Source: Felis catus (lineage: Eukaryota). From it: a stretch of DNA of 64,000 bases. Under the pieces are notes generated by a model. The model saw only the letters and a program-made list of their open reading frames with translations, had not been told where the DNA came from and searched no databases. The stretch's first letter is position 1, and each line of letters opens with the position of its first letter. The stretch covers positions 83,018,001-83,082,000 of the forward strand of contig NC_058385.1 of NCBI RefSeq assembly GCF_018350175.1. The letters are read 5' to 3'. Of the stretch, positions 1 through 14,166 are shown piece after piece. Made by a program: the position numbers and the translations under genes.

Positions 1-826
1 ATGCAGGGCCAGCCCTGCCCAAACCCTCACTGCCATGGGGACCATGCTTCCAGACACTTCTAGAGACAGCCGTGCACACCCCAACCCAATGTGCACAAAC
101 TCGTGCTCACAGCCTGAGTCCCCAACTTGGCTTCCCAACAGCCTGCTCACTCCGATGCTAGCAGTGCTCAGGGTCAGAGGCTGGATGGCAGCTCTCTCCG
201 TGCACCCTCAAACCTGCCTGGCCGTGCCCCCCACAAACTCACCCCTGGGCCCAGCCACAGCACAGGCATCACTCTACAAGACAGGCGTCCAGCTTGCCCT
301 GAGAGCTGCCACCAGCTGCCGACCACAAGCGACCGCCCCCGGCTCCCCTGACACGTAGGGTGCCCACTGAGCCTGTGCCGGGCATGCTGCCGCAGAGGGC
401 CGTGGCCTCGCCCGATCCCGCAGCCGGCCAGGGCCTCCCCAGGGTGGGAGAGGGCGTCCGGACTGCGCTATCCAGACTGCAGAGCGTCCGTAACCTCGGG
501 TAATGAAACCGCGGCAAGTGCAGCCGTCCTCTGTGCCACACAGAGGGCCTGGCGGTACCGCCACGCAGGGGCACGTTTTTCTTTTACAGAAAAACAAGGG
601 CTCCAAGCTTCGGTACGTTTTCGTGTCCATAAGAGACTGTTCTGTTAGTGGTAACAACACACTGACACACACACACTCGTAAATCGTCACTTCAAAGCAA
701 AGTAGAAATTTTAATAACAAGAAACAAGATCGTTTTTAATGACATACTTGTGCTACTGGGCAACGTCCTGAAAAGAGCTGCTTGAGAAAAGCCAAATAAT
801 TAACTCATTTCAGAAAAGGCATTTTA

Positions 827-1562
827 GGGGGTGCCTGGCTGGCTCAGTCAGGAGAGCACGTGACTCTTGATCTCAGGGTCATGAGTTCAAGCCCCACGCT
901 AGGCACGGAGCCTTCTTAAAGAAAAGAGGGGCTCCTGGGTGGCTCAGTCAGTTAAGTGTCTGACTTTGGCTCAGGTCATGATCTCGCAGTCTGTGAGTTC
1001 GAGCCCCGTGTCGGGCTCTGTGCTGACAGCTCAGAGCCCGGAGCCTGCTCTGGATTGTGTCTCCCTCTCTCTCTCTGCTCCTCCCCCACCCCTTCTCTCC
1101 CTCTCTCTCTCTGTCTCCCAAAAATAAATAAACATTGGGGCACCTGAGTGGCTCAGTCGGTTGAGCGTCCGACTTCGGTTCAGGTCATGATCTCGCAGTT
1201 CACGAGTTCAAGTCCTGCTTTGGGCTCTGTGCTGACAGCTCAGAGCCTGGAGCCTGTTTCTGATTCTGTGTCTCCCCCTCTCTCTGCCCCTCCCCCACTC
1301 ACACTCTGCCTCTCTCTCAAAAATAAATAAACATCAAAATTAAAGGGGCGCCTGGGTGGCTCAGTCGGTTAAGCGTCCGACTTCGGCTCAGGTCATGATC
1401 TCACGGTCCATGAGTTCGAGCCCCGCGTCGGGCTCTGTGCTGACCGCTCAGAGCCTGGAGCCTGTTTCAGATTCTGTGTCTTCCTCTCTCTCTGGCCCTC
1501 CCCCATTCATGCTGTCTCTGTCTTAAAAATAAATAAACGTTAAAAAAAAAATTTTTTTTTAA
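827..1562 (+). mobile_element. Tandem array of four carnivore tRNA-derived SINEs (short Can-SINE 827-926; SINEC_Fc-type 928-1135, 1137-1344, 1345-1562)
   Basis: GGGGCGCCTGGGTGGCTCAGTCGGTT head, A/B boxes, (CT)n region and AATAAA/A-rich tails. Confidence 0.93.
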
Positions 1563-1963
1563 TTCTTAGTAAGCCAAGAATGCAACTTCCTCAACCAAAC
1601 AAGGGACATCTACAACAACCCTTCAACAAGGTCCCACTGGAGTGAAGTGTCCCAGTTACCTCTGTGACCAGGACCAGCCGGGACACCCACACTCCCCTTG
1701 CCGGGGGTGAGGTCAACACATACAGACCAACTGTAGTCCCACCCACAAGCAAAATGCAGAGTGAAAATCTTGAAGAACTTCAAGAGACATATGGACCTAG
1801 TCAAATGCTCTAACATACCACTGGCATCGACGGAGGAAGGGGAAGGGCAGAATCAATAAATGAAGATGTTGACCAATCGTTTTCCAAAACTGATGAAAAG
1901 CATCAATCTACAGACTCAAGAAGAGCAGCAAACCCCAAAACAAGATAAATATAAAGCAAACCA

Positions 1964-2160
1964 GGGGTGCCCGGGTGGCTCAGTCGGTTAAGCGTCCAAC
2001 TCTTGATTTCAGCTCAGGTCATGATCTCTCGATTCCTGAGTTCAAGCCCCATGTCGGGCTCTGCACTGACAGTGCGGAGCCTGCTTGGGATTCTCTTTCC
2101 CTGTCTCTCTGCCCCTCCCCTGCTCATGCTCTCGCTGTCTCTCAAAATAAGTAAGTAAGC
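1964..2160 (+). mobile_element. Can-SINE
   Basis: Typical head, CT tract and tail. Confidence 0.9.
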
Positions 2161-2447
2161 TTGAGTAAAAAGATAATAATAACAACGACAACAATAATAA
2201 TAACGAAGCCACAACCAGAGAGGAAGGACAATGGGTGAGAGGGGATATGCAGGAGGAGAACAGGCAAGTCCAGAAAACAAGCCATTTCTCGTCCTGGCCC
2301 CGTCTCTGGACAGAGCCCCCTGACCTAGACTTCAGCCCTATGTTTACAAATGCCCTGCCACAGGAGCAAGCCATTTCTTTCTTGTTGAAAAAAGAGAAAG
2401 AAAACAAAACTACAACCAGGTGCATCACAGTAAAAAGACAAAACCAA

Positions 2448-2680
2448 GGGGGCGCCTGGGTGGCTTGGTCGGTTAAGCGTCCGACTTCAGCTCAGGTCAT
2501 GATCTCACGGTCTGTGAGTTCGAGCCCCACGTCGGGCTCTGTGCTGACAGCTCAGAGCCTGGAGCCTGTTTCGGATTCTGTGTCTCCCTCTCTCTCTGCC
2601 CCTCCCCTGTTCATGCTCTCTCTCTCTCTGTCTCAAAAATAAATAAACGTTAAAAAAAAAAAATTAAAAAAAAAAAAAAA
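2448..2680 (+). mobile_element. Young SINEC_Fc with target-site duplication AAAAGACAAAACCAAGG
   Basis: TSD on both sides; long A tail. Confidence 0.93.
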
Positions 2681-2747
2681 GACAAAACCAAGGACAAAGA
2701 AAAAGACCTTAAAAGGAGACATCACCTTCATAAAAGCTGGTTTTCAC

Positions 2748-3044
2748 TTTTTTTTTTTTTTTTTAGGGCAGGNNNNNNNNNNNNNNNNNNNNNNNNNNNN
2801 NNNNNNNNNNNNNNNNNNNNNNNNNNNNNNNNNNNNNNNNNNNNNNNNNNNNNNNNNNNNNNNNNNNNNNNNNNNNNNNNNNNNNNNNNNNNNNNNNNNN
2901 GGGGGGGGGAGGGGGGGGGAAATCCCAAGCAGGCTCCACACTCAGCACAGAGCCCAACCAGGGACTCAATCCCTGGGATCATGGGATCATGACGTGAGCG
3001 GAAATCAAGGGTCAGACGCTTAACTAAGCCACCCAGGTGCCCCC
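2748..3044 (-). mobile_element. Can-SINE containing a 128-N gap (2773-2900)
   Basis: Reverse SINE head near 3040, poly-T, near-identical flanks cataaaagctggttttcac / cataaaagttgattttcac. Confidence 0.85.
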
Positions 3045-4377
3045 ATAAAAGTTGATTTTCACCAGAAACCATACAAGCCACAGACAGTGGAATAACATCT
3101 TGAAAGTGCTGAAAGGAAACAATTAACCTAGAATTCTAAACCCAGTGAAAATGCCCCTCGAAAAGGAAGCTGAGATAAAGGCATTTCCAATACAAAAGTG
3201 GAGCAAACTCACGGCCAGTAGAAAACCTGCAGGATTATTAAAGGAAGTTCTTCAGGTTGAAAAGCCCAGCATAAAAAAGGATTATAAGCTGCTAAGAGCT
3301 CATAAGGCTGGGAGGATAAAAGGGGATGAAGGACGCGTGGGAGAAAGGAGCACTCTTGGCGGCAGGAAGCCCACGCAATTAGAAGAGGGAAGAGGCAGGG
3401 AAAGCAGCCGAAACAAAAACCATCGGTGGAACCAACAGGAGTAAATTAAAGTTTGAGGAGTAAGACAACGTTTACACAACCTCAAAATATGTCCCACAAG
3501 GTACTTAGTAGTTACCACGGGAAACGCAGTGATGTTCCGGGGGGAACCCCGTCATCCAAGCCAGCAGCCCAGTGACTATACAAAGAGACATTTTCTGTTA
3601 CAAAAGACGTCATATCGGGGTAAATTGGCAGGATCTGACCAGGCCTGGCCTTCTCCCAGCGTCACTGTCGTCATCAGACCACTGTTCTGTGGCTCTGCAA
3701 GAGACAGACCTCCATGCTGTCAGGGTGCACAGGACGCGCTGACCTCCAGGAGCTGAGAGGCCTCCTGTCTACGACTTACTCTCCAGGCTTAGGGAAAAAA
3801 AGAGAAGAAAGCAAGCAGATATGGCACAATGTTCCATCTGGGACTGTGGGTAAAGGTACATTGGAAATTTCTGCTCTTGGAACTTCTCTCGAGTCTGAAA
3901 TGACGTAAAATTGAGAGGCTAAAAACAGTAATAACATACTGCAGGGCTGATAACGTAAGTCAAACCAGGGGCTCAGGGAGATAAACAGGGCTAAAGTATA
4001 AAGGATTTTATACTGTTCCGGGAGCAGCAAAAATGCTCATCTAAGCCAAACTGTAATAAATCCAGGAGGCCTAGCGCAACTGTTAACATCACTAGAAAAT
4101 AATACGAAACACGTAACTAAAAGCCAACGAGAAGACAAAATGACTTAAAAAGTCCTCACTAACCCAAAACAAAGCACAGAAAAGGAAAAAGAATAAGGGT
4201 GTGGTTAGAAAGACAGTGAGACAGACAGTGATTCAAGCTCAAGTGCACACAAAATTACATTAAGTGTACATCTGCCAAACACCCAATTAGGGGACAGAAA
4301 CTGCCAAATGATAACACCCACTATCTGCTGTGGAGTCACTTTCAATGTAGGGACACAGATTTAAAAAAAAGAAAAAG

Positions 4378-5150
4378 AGGGGCCCCTGGCTGGCTCAGTC
4401 ACTGGAGCATGCGGACTTCGATCCTGAACTCCGGGTGGTGAGTTCAAGTCACACATTGGGTGTAGAGATGCACGTCAAAAGAAACCCCAAAAAACAAAAA
4501 AACAAAAAACGGGAACAGAGTTGAGATAGCTACACTGCTATTGGACAAACTAGATTTTAAGGCAAAAAATATTAGAAACAAAAAGGCAAAAAGGGATATT
4601 TCATCACAAAAAGTTCAGTTCAAAATTAAAACATTATTCTTTTTTTTTTTTTTTTTTTTACTTCAGAGAGAGGAAAAAAATGCAATGGGGAGGGGGCAGA
4701 GGGAGAGAATCTTAAGCAGGCTCCATGATCAGCACAGAGTCCGACACTGGTCTTGATCCCACAACCCTGGCACCATGACCTGAGCTGAAATTAAGCGTTG
4801 GACACTCAACCCACTGAGCCACCCAGGCAACCCCAAAAATTACTCTAAATTTGTCTTGTATGTACCTAAAAACACATGTACAACACACAAAATTCTCGAC
4901 AGTCCTATGGGGCAAGTGCCCGTTGGTCATTTTAAAATCATCTTAGGGGCACCTGGGTGGCTCAGTCAGTTAAGCCTCCGATTCCTGGTTTCAGCTCAGG
5001 TCATGATCTCACAGTTCGTGGGTTCGAGTCCCACATGGGGGTCTGCACTGACAGTGCAGAGCCTGCTTGGGATTCTCACTCTCTTTCCCTCTCCCCCTCT
5101 CCACACCACCCCCCACAATAAATAAATAAACTTCAAAAATTTTTTAAAAA
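4378..5150. mobile_element. Three Can-SINEs (4378-4510 +, 4640-4834 -, 4946-5150 +)
   Basis: SINE heads and A/T tails. Confidence 0.85.
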
Positions 5151-6329
5151 CTATCCTAGATATTCTTCATTTTTGGCTCTTCCATGTAAATTTGAGAATC
5201 AGATTACTAAATCTAATGAGAAACCTACTGCCACTTCGAAGACACTGAATTTATGGGTTAACCTGAGGAAAGTTGACATCTATACGACGTGGAGACTTTC
5301 CATCCATAACCGTGATCTATTTTCTGTTTAGCTGGGGCTTCTGTTAATTTCAATCAACCACAATGTATTTTCCCTCCCAAAGGTCACAGGGGCCTCTCCT
5401 GCTGCCCAGTTGCACCCCTTAGGCGGCCCCAGGCCACGCACTCACCCCCCTCCCACACACAGCTTCTCTGCTCTGCACCCCCTGCCTCTTGACAGAACTG
5501 CCCTTGCTTCCCAGCTCACCCAAAGGACGGAGGCCCCAGCCACACTGCCCACCCCACACACATCCCCACCCGCTTTGTGCTCCAGGACTTCCCCACTCCT
5601 GTCACCCCACTGCAGCCACCTGCACTAGATTCCACGGGGGCAGACTGAAGACAGCCTCAACGGGGCCCATCGCCCCCATCCTGAGTCTGGACTAGAGGCA
5701 GCTCTGAACAACAACAGGCCGTGCGGAAGGGGGACCAGGTTCCCCAGGGCCCGGCCCTTGGGATCCCTGGCAGCTTCTTCCTCCGAGTAAGCAAGCGCTC
5801 CAAGTAAGAGGCCCAACCACCTCGAGGCCACCATGCCAGGAAAACCAAGCCAGCTGCGTGGGGAGAGAGGCAGAGAGACAGAGACAGACACGCCCGGCTT
5901 GCCCCCAACCCTTCAAGTCACCCAGTGGAAGCCCAGACCTCACAGAGCATAGGCCAGGTGCCTCCACGGTCCACACTGTGCCCTGTCCAAACCCCCAAGG
6001 GACTCACAGACGTATGCGTCCGTGGTACGGGACTGCTGTTGGAAGCTCCAGGGCAGCTGCTCCACAGCAATGACCAGACTGATCCCGAGCGCTCTCACCC
6101 ACCTGAGGAGCCCTCTCCAGCTTCCCCCCATCAGCTCCACCTCCCGCCCCACACGCTTCTCTGACCCGAGAGTTGCAAACGTTCCTACGATGGGCCAAAC
6201 AGCAACTACCTGCCTTGGCCTTCGCAGCCACACGCAGTCTGGAATTCTTGAATTCTCGCAACCCCGAGGGTGTGCAAAGCTCCCGTGGATCTCAGTGGGC
6301 TGCGAGTGGGGGCGGCTGGCGAGCCTGCT

Positions 6330-8870
6330 GCACTGGCTGATTCCGTCCCGGCGGGCAACGCCCTGCTCTCCCACTCGTCTTTCGAAAACCCTCTTTTCCT
6401 GCCAGTCACCACTCCATCTCTTTGATTCCCTCTTTGCACAAATCTCCAGAAAGCTGTCTATGTTCACCGGTACTAATTCTCTTTCTCTGCTCGGCTCTGA
6501 ACCCTGCAGGCCCACATCCCCGACGCCACTGTCAAGAGTCACCAGGGCCTCCAGATCATGGGCCTCACCTGAGGCCCAGCAGTAGGAGACCCAGGGTCCC
6601 AATCGGCCACCTCCTCTGGGCTTGGGCTTTCCTCCCTCCTCCCTGGCCACACCTCCTCCAAGTCTTCCTCAGCCTCCTCTCTTCTTCCCGACCGCTCAAC
6701 GCCGGGGCACCCCAGGGCCCGGATGGCCACCTTCTGGGTGACCCCAACCAGCTTGAGGGTCTGACGGGCCCAACTTCAGCTCCAGGCCACACCCTGCTCC
6801 TCAGCAACCTCGCAGCGCGCTGTTCCGTCGGCACCGCGGTACACCTGTCAGCGTCTGGAGTCCAAGAAAGTCCCAACGGCCCCAGCCTCTCAGAGTCCAT
6901 TACCTGTGAGCCCTTCCCACTGTGACAGAAGGGACGGCGTATCACGTACAGATCAGGTTACGAAGACACTGTGCTTTCACCTGGGTGAGCGGTTCTGTCA
7001 GCCTTCATTCTGGGGGAGGCCGCCCTGTGGCGAGGCTCACGTGACGGACCGAGGCCTCCTTCCGACAGCCGGCTGTGCGAGTAAGAAGCAGAAGCTCCGA
7101 GCCCACAAGGACCTTCGGAGGACGGCAGCCCTGGCCAACATGGAACTGCGGCGAGAGACTGTGCAGGGGCCACCCAGCTAAGCCACTCCCGGCTCCCTGA
7201 CCCCCAGAAGTTGGGGGATATCGTCTGTTGTTTTAAGTTTCTAAGTTTGGGGGTGCCTTCCTTGTTATGCAACAAGGAACGTGATGTCCCAAGAGGAGCT
7301 CCTACGTCCCTTTCGCCATGTCAGGTCACAGCAACTCCGCCCCTCCCGGTGCTCAGACCAAAACTGCACCCCGGCAAAACCTCAGCATTGCCCGTGGCGC
7401 CTCACCCCTTCACATCCCACATCCTGTCCATCCTGAATCTGACTGCTTTCCACCAACCGACCACCGGATGCTCCTGACTGGTCTCCCTGCAGGCCCCCCT
7501 CGCACCTCCCTCCCTACAGACTCTTCAACACAGCAGCTAGAGTGACCTTTGCAAAACACAGGTCCTGTCACTCCTTAACCTCACCTGGGAGTTAGCAGTC
7601 AATCGCTACACTGGCCTAAAAGCTCAACATGCTGATACCGGGCCCCCACCTCACCACCTCTCTGACCTTCTGTCTTCTCACTTTTTTTTTTTTTTTAAGT
7701 GTTTATTTAGTTTTGAGAGACAGAGAGAGACAGAGCGCAAGCGGGGGAGAGGCAGAGAGAGAGAGGGAGACACAGAATCTGAAACAAGCTCCAGGCTCTG
7801 GGCTGACAGCACAGAGCCCGATGCGGGGCTTGAACTCATGAACCGCGAGATCATGACCTGAGCTGAAGTCAGACACTTAACTGACACCACCCAGGCGCCC
7901 CTCTTTTTTTTTTTTTAAGTAATCTCTACAGCCACTGTGGGGCTCGAACCCATGACCCTGAGATCAAGAGTCAGTCACCTGCTCCACCAACTGAGTCAGC
8001 CAGGCGCCCCTCTGCACTCACTCCTCTTTTCCTCGGAGCCTTTTGGCTGGTTCTGTTCCTTTTTTTTTTTTTTTTTTTTTTTAGTTTATTTACTTTTAGA
8101 GAGAGAGCTGGGGAGGGGCAGAGTGAAAGAGACAGAGAGAGAAAATCCGAAGCAGACTCCACACTGCCAGTGCAAAGCCCGATGTGGGGCTTGAACTCAC
8201 AAACTGGGGGATCATGATCTGAGCTGAAATCCAGAGTCAGACGCTTAAACAACGGAGCTACCCAGGTGCCCCATCTCTTGGCTGGTTCTTAAACACCAGT
8301 CCCTACTGCCCTAAGGCCTTCACCTGCCTGGAACCTTCACCTGACACCCACAAAGCTCTCTCCAGCCCCTCCTCCTTGCCTACTCAAATCTCAACTCTGC
8401 AAGGAGGCAAAATTTAACACCACACCTGGCTCCCTACTCCCTGACCCTGCTCTGATGCTTTCCACAGCACTTTAAACTATAGCCCAAGGCGGGGCACCTG
8501 GGTGGCTCAGTCAGTTAAACATCTGACTTCGACTCTGGTCATGATCTCGCAGTTCATGGATGGGTTCCAGCCCAGCGTCAGCCTCTGTGCTGACAGCTCA
8601 GAGCCTGGAGCCTGATTCAGATTCTGTGTCTCCCTGTCTCTGCCCCTCCACCACTCATGCACGCACGCACTCTCGCTCTCTCTCTCTCTCAAAAATAAAC
8701 AAAAAAAACAAAACAAATAAACGAACTCTAGCCCACCGTATTACTGGCTGTGTGTGGTCTGTCACCCACTGGAACAGCCAGCAGCACCACAAGGGCAAGC
8801 CTCTCTACCTGTAGTGCTCACCAACATCTCCCAAAACAAGCCTAACAAACATCTACTGAAAAGACTCGAG
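6330..8870 (+). mobile_element. Ancient L2 (ORF2 3' part) interrupted by an MLT1 LTR and SINEs
   Basis: Pyrimidine-rich L2-like text (ctcaacgccggggcaccccagggc; caacacagcagctagagtgacctttgcaaaacacaggtc). Confidence 0.6.
6920..7280 (+). mobile_element. MaLR LTR (MLT1F-like)
   Basis: Characteristic 3' end: cacccagctaagccactcccgg...tgttgttttaag...ctaagtttggggg...ttgttatgcaaca. Confidence 0.7.
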
Positions 8871-9049
8871 TGATTTCCAGTGGGCTGTGAAACCTTATGT
8901 AAAAAATATAATGATGTAGGGGTGACTGGGTGGCTCGGTTAAGCTTCTGACTTCGGCTCAGGTCATGATCTCGCGGTTTGTGAGTTCGAGCCCCACGTCA
9001 GGCCGTGCTGACAACTCAGAACCTGGAGCCTGCTTCATATTCTCTGTCT

Positions 9050-9094
<45 letters not shown>

Positions 9095-9649
9095 CCTCTC
9101 TCTCTGCCCCCCCCCACTTGTGCCCTGTCTCTATCAAAAATAAATGTAAAAAAATTTTTAAAAATATATAATGATGTAGGGACGCCTGGGTGGCGCAGTC
9201 GGTTAAGCGTCTGACTTCAGCCAGGTCACGATCTCGCGGTCCGGGAGTTCGAGCCCCGCGTCAGGCTCTGGGCTGATGGCTCAGAGCCTGGTGCCTGTTT
9301 CCGATTCTGTGTCTCCCTCTCTCTCTGCTCCTCCCCCGTTCATGCTCTGTCTCTCTCTGTCCCAAAAATAAATAAACGTTGAAAAAAAATTAAAAAAATA
9401 TATATATAATGATGTAAATGCTTCCCATTTGTCTCTAAAGGATGACAGGCATCAGAGAAGGGGGAACTTTATTGGAACGTAGGAGTGAAAAAACTCTAGT
9501 GATGACAGCAAAGACGCTCTCATACAATATGGGGACTGACGGATCCATTCAATCACTTTTAGTAACCTCTACGCCAAACACGGGGCTCAAACTCATGACC
9601 CCAAGATCAAGAGTCCTATGCTCTTCCGACTGAGCCACCCAGGCGCCCC
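7682..9649. mobile_element. Cluster of seven Can-SINE/SINEC_Fc copies (7682-7901 -, 7904-8010 -, 8059-8272 -, 8491-8720 +, 8919-9165 +, 9179-9400 +, 9557-9649 -)
   Basis: SINE heads, CT tracts, tails and TSDs. Confidence 0.9.
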
Positions 9650-10253
9650 TAGCACTCTACATATTTAATGCAAAAACAAACACGTGTCCTGAAGGAGGTG
9701 CCCAGGAAGGTCAGCCTCCTTCCGTCCACCCCTCTGACCCCACGTGCATGCTGCGTCAGCCCCTACTCAAAGCCTTCGGTGATTCCTCCCTGCTCTGGGG
9801 TCAACCGTCCTGACCACGATGTGCCTTCTTCCCCCCACCCCACTTCCGCTCTACACCCCAGTCCAACCGTGCCTGCCCCCGCCATCCTCGGCTGCTCTGG
9901 CCTGTGTGCCGGCTATTCCTTCGGCCCGGAACACCCTCCATTCCCCATCCTTGTGCCTGGAGAAGTCCTACTGCCCCCTTGAGAACAGGTAAGAAACCAG
10001 CTCTGGCAAGAAACTTTCGTGGACCAACTCTCACCGCTTGGGCAACCAGAGCACTGGTTTCCCCTACGGATGGGTCCATCACACTCTAGAAAAACTCCTG
10101 TGGGCTCTCTGGCCCCACACGAGACCCAGCCTCGTTCCTCTGGCCAGGAACTTTGTCCCGTCTTTGTCAGTCTTCCTGTCGGACTGACACTCTGGTCTCC
10201 CTCGTTCCCTCCTCTACCTCAGCTGCACTCGCTCCAACCTCCAAGCCTGTTTA

Positions 10254-11450
<1,197 letters not shown>

Positions 11451-11625
11451 CCTTCCCGTCCTCTGCTCCCTTCCCAGGCCCAGCACAGTTGCCCACGTGG
11501 AAGACTCTGGAGCCACGACCAAGCACAGCTAACGGAGATGTCTCCTCGCTTGGCAGGGACTCGCCCTGGGTACCGTTGTACAGACCTGGGACTTAGGAAT
11601 GGAATAATAAGAAATAAAACAAGTA

Positions 11626-11780
11626 AGGGGCGTCTGGGTGGCTCAGTCTGTTGACTCTTGATTTCGGCTCAGGGCATGATCAGAGTCATGGGATCCAGCC
11701 CCACGTCCGGCTACGCGCTGAGCCTGGAGCCTGCTTGGGATTCTCCCCCGCCCCTCTCCCGTGCTCCTGTGTGTGCTCGC

Positions 11781-11831
<51 letters not shown>

Positions 11832-11867
11832 AATTATAATGAGTAAAAAAAAAAAAAAAAAAAAAAA
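11626..11867 (+). mobile_element. Can-SINE with long (CT)n tract and poly-A
   Basis: Head at 11626, (CT)n about 11786-11826, A tail. Confidence 0.9.
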
Positions 11868-13080
11868 GGAAGTATAGTTACACCCAAGAAAATGACATAG
11901 AAACATGGGTTTATGTTGCACCCATATCTGCCCACTTGTTCGTGTCAGCAACAAGGCTGACCCTTTTGTAGTGGACAAAGGGGTCACTCGAATGCCCAGG
12001 CAGGCGTGTGACCCCTGAGCCACACCAAACCCCTTTAAAGGTCATAAGAAAAACTGTAGCTGGGACACTAAGTTTTGGCATCTCTGTTGGATGGGCACAG
12101 TCATGGTGCCCACATCATAGGACGTCTGTGATGATTGAAAAAATCAGGGCCCACAGAACCCTTGGACTGGAGCTGGGCACATTGGAAAATGCCCTAACAA
12201 ATGAACAAGAACTCACCTGTGAGAGAGGTGGTCAGTGCAGAGAGGGCTGGAGATCCTGAAGAGGCACAGTCCCGGGGAGGGCAGCGGTGGGTAGGATGAG
12301 GCTCCATCCCAGTCAGAGGAGAGGAGAAGGTGGGCAGCGGAACCAGGAGGTTGCAAGGTTGGCAGTGGGAAGACAGAGGTGAGCCTGCCTGGTGGATGTA
12401 CTTTCTCAACGAGAGATGAAGGTAGGGGCCTATCAGCAGATCTGGGGCTTGAAGGTGCTGGGGAGGGACCATGATGGGCTGAAGAATCGTCCAAGGCTGG
12501 GGGGGGGGGGGGCGGAGGGGGGGGAATGCCAGTACAAGCCCTGGCCTTGCCCTCTGACCCTGAGCTTGGGCCCTGGGGCTAGTGGACACTACAGGCCATG
12601 CTCTTGCTCCTCTGAGGCAGCGCTGTGCTGGGAGTCAGTGGTTTTTCTGCACCTTCCTTCCATGCCAAGAGGCCATCTCCGTGTTGTAGACCAGGTTTAG
12701 GAGGAAGGTGGTAGTTCCCACATTTCTCTTTTGTGCTGTTGGTGAAGATTCTTGGAGAATCAATACCTCTTGGAGAGGCCGGAGCGTGTGTCTACCGGGG
12801 TCAGGCCCAGGAGTTCTCAGATACGGCCTTTTCTGCCTGCTCTGCCACAGATTACTGGCATGCAGCCTCCACCTCCCTCCAGCACAGGTGGACCCACGGA
12901 GCGTAACATAAGACTGACTTCCACTCTCGTGCTTTTGTGTCTGTGTGTGTGAACAACAGGCCGAATCTGATGTCCCCTGGACCCCTTCCTCTTTTTGGTC
13001 TTTCCTCCCACCTCCTTTCTGCTACCTGGAAAGTGCATTTAAGGGCTAGAGCTCTGGCAGCCATTTTGGACTGTGAGGGG

Positions 13081-13685
13081 TGTTGTGGATTGAATTGCAA
13101 TCCCAAAAAAAGATATGTTGGAAACCTAACCCTCGGTACTTCAAAATGTGACTTTTATTTAGAAATAGAATCATCGACAGATGGAATTAGTTCAGATGAG
13201 GTCATACTGGAGTAGGCACGCTGGTAATCAGTAGGACTGGTGTCATCAGAAGAGATACAACAGAGAAGGTCACAAGAGGGAGGAAGACTGGAGCTATGCC
13301 TGCTACAAGACCCAAACCACACATGGCCGCCAGAAGCCAGGACAGCCTCATGTGATAGATTGTCTCTAGAGAGTTGAGCAGCAGGGGCACCTGGGAGGCT
13401 TAGCTGGTTGAACATCCGACTCTCGATTTCACCTGAGGTCATGAGTCCAAGCCCCGCGTCGGGCTCTGTGCTGATAGTACAGAGCCTGCTTGGGATTCTC
13501 TCTCTTTCTCTGCCCCACCCCCACTTGTTCGCTCATGCTCTCTCAAAACAAATAAACATCAAAAAAATAGATGAGAAGGAGCACGGCTTACGGACACCTT
13601 GAATTTAGACTTCTGCCTCCAGAACTGTGAGAAAATAAATTCTGTTGTTTTAAGGCACCTAATTTGTGATAGGCTGAGCTACAAC
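13081..13685 (+). mobile_element. MaLR LTR (MLT1B/C-like) interrupted by a Can-SINE (13384-13568)
   Basis: Starts tgttgtggattgaattg...aaaagatatgttggaaacctaacc; ends tagacttctgcctccagaactgtgagaaaataaattctgttgttttaag. Confidence 0.8.
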
Positions 13686-14160
13686 CTTAGGGGACTACAA
13701 GGGTCTGTGAGGATGGACACTTGTGCCGAGGACAGTGCAGCAGACTCAGAAGGGGCTGGGGCCCCACTGACCACGGGCTGTCACACACTCGGGTCCGACT
13801 ACCTCCAAGTAGTGATAAACCCTCGTCTCCGTGAGCGCGGTGCTTGTTTCGGCCCTTCTGTGAGAAGTAAACAAGTCTGATTCCTGATTGGAGACCGGGT
13901 CCCCCTGCTACCTGCAGACTCTGGCCAATTTTTCTGAGTCCACTCCCCACACAGGGCTCCCACATTTCCCCACGCAGGACTGGGGCTGGCTGCCTGGAGA
14001 TCCCTTAGCACAGGCTCCTGGTGCCTCATCGGAGCCCCAGGGGGAAAGAGAGGTACTGCCCACCCCCACCCCCCCCCACCCCCCGCCCCGCTGCCTTTCT
14101 TGGTAGGAGAAACTTCCCTAACAGCAAGGAAAGCAGCTGGGCTCCAAGGGCAAGAATATT

Positions 14161-14166
14161 TTTATT
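14161..14166 (-). terminator. SLC39A4 polyadenylation signal AATAAA
   Basis: tttatt on the plus strand, about 160 nt past the stop codon. Confidence 0.8.

Larger units (their letters stand above)
1760..4930 (+). mobile_element. Old degenerate L1 (ORF1 into start of ORF2) fragmented by several SINEs
   Basis: A-rich plus strand with L1 ORF1-like text (aaactgatgaaaagcatcaatctacagactcaagaag; gacagtggaataacatcttgaaagtgctgaaag) and endonuclease-like text (gacaaactagattttaaggcaaaa). Confidence 0.7.

Noticed and set aside
827-1562. Repeated units resembling tRNA genes or a CRISPR-like array
   Set aside because: These are tRNA-derived SINE heads with CT tracts and A tails; no cloverleaf or spacer structure, and the context is eukaryotic.
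5940-6650. 236-aa and 187-aa ORFs in CPSF1 intron 2
   Set aside because: Overlap degenerate L2 and possible MER58-like remnants; no protein similarity recognised.
939-9214. Family of similar short ORFs (MAQSV...AQVMIS...SVLTAQSLEP)
   Set aside because: Translations of Can-SINE copies, not a gene family.
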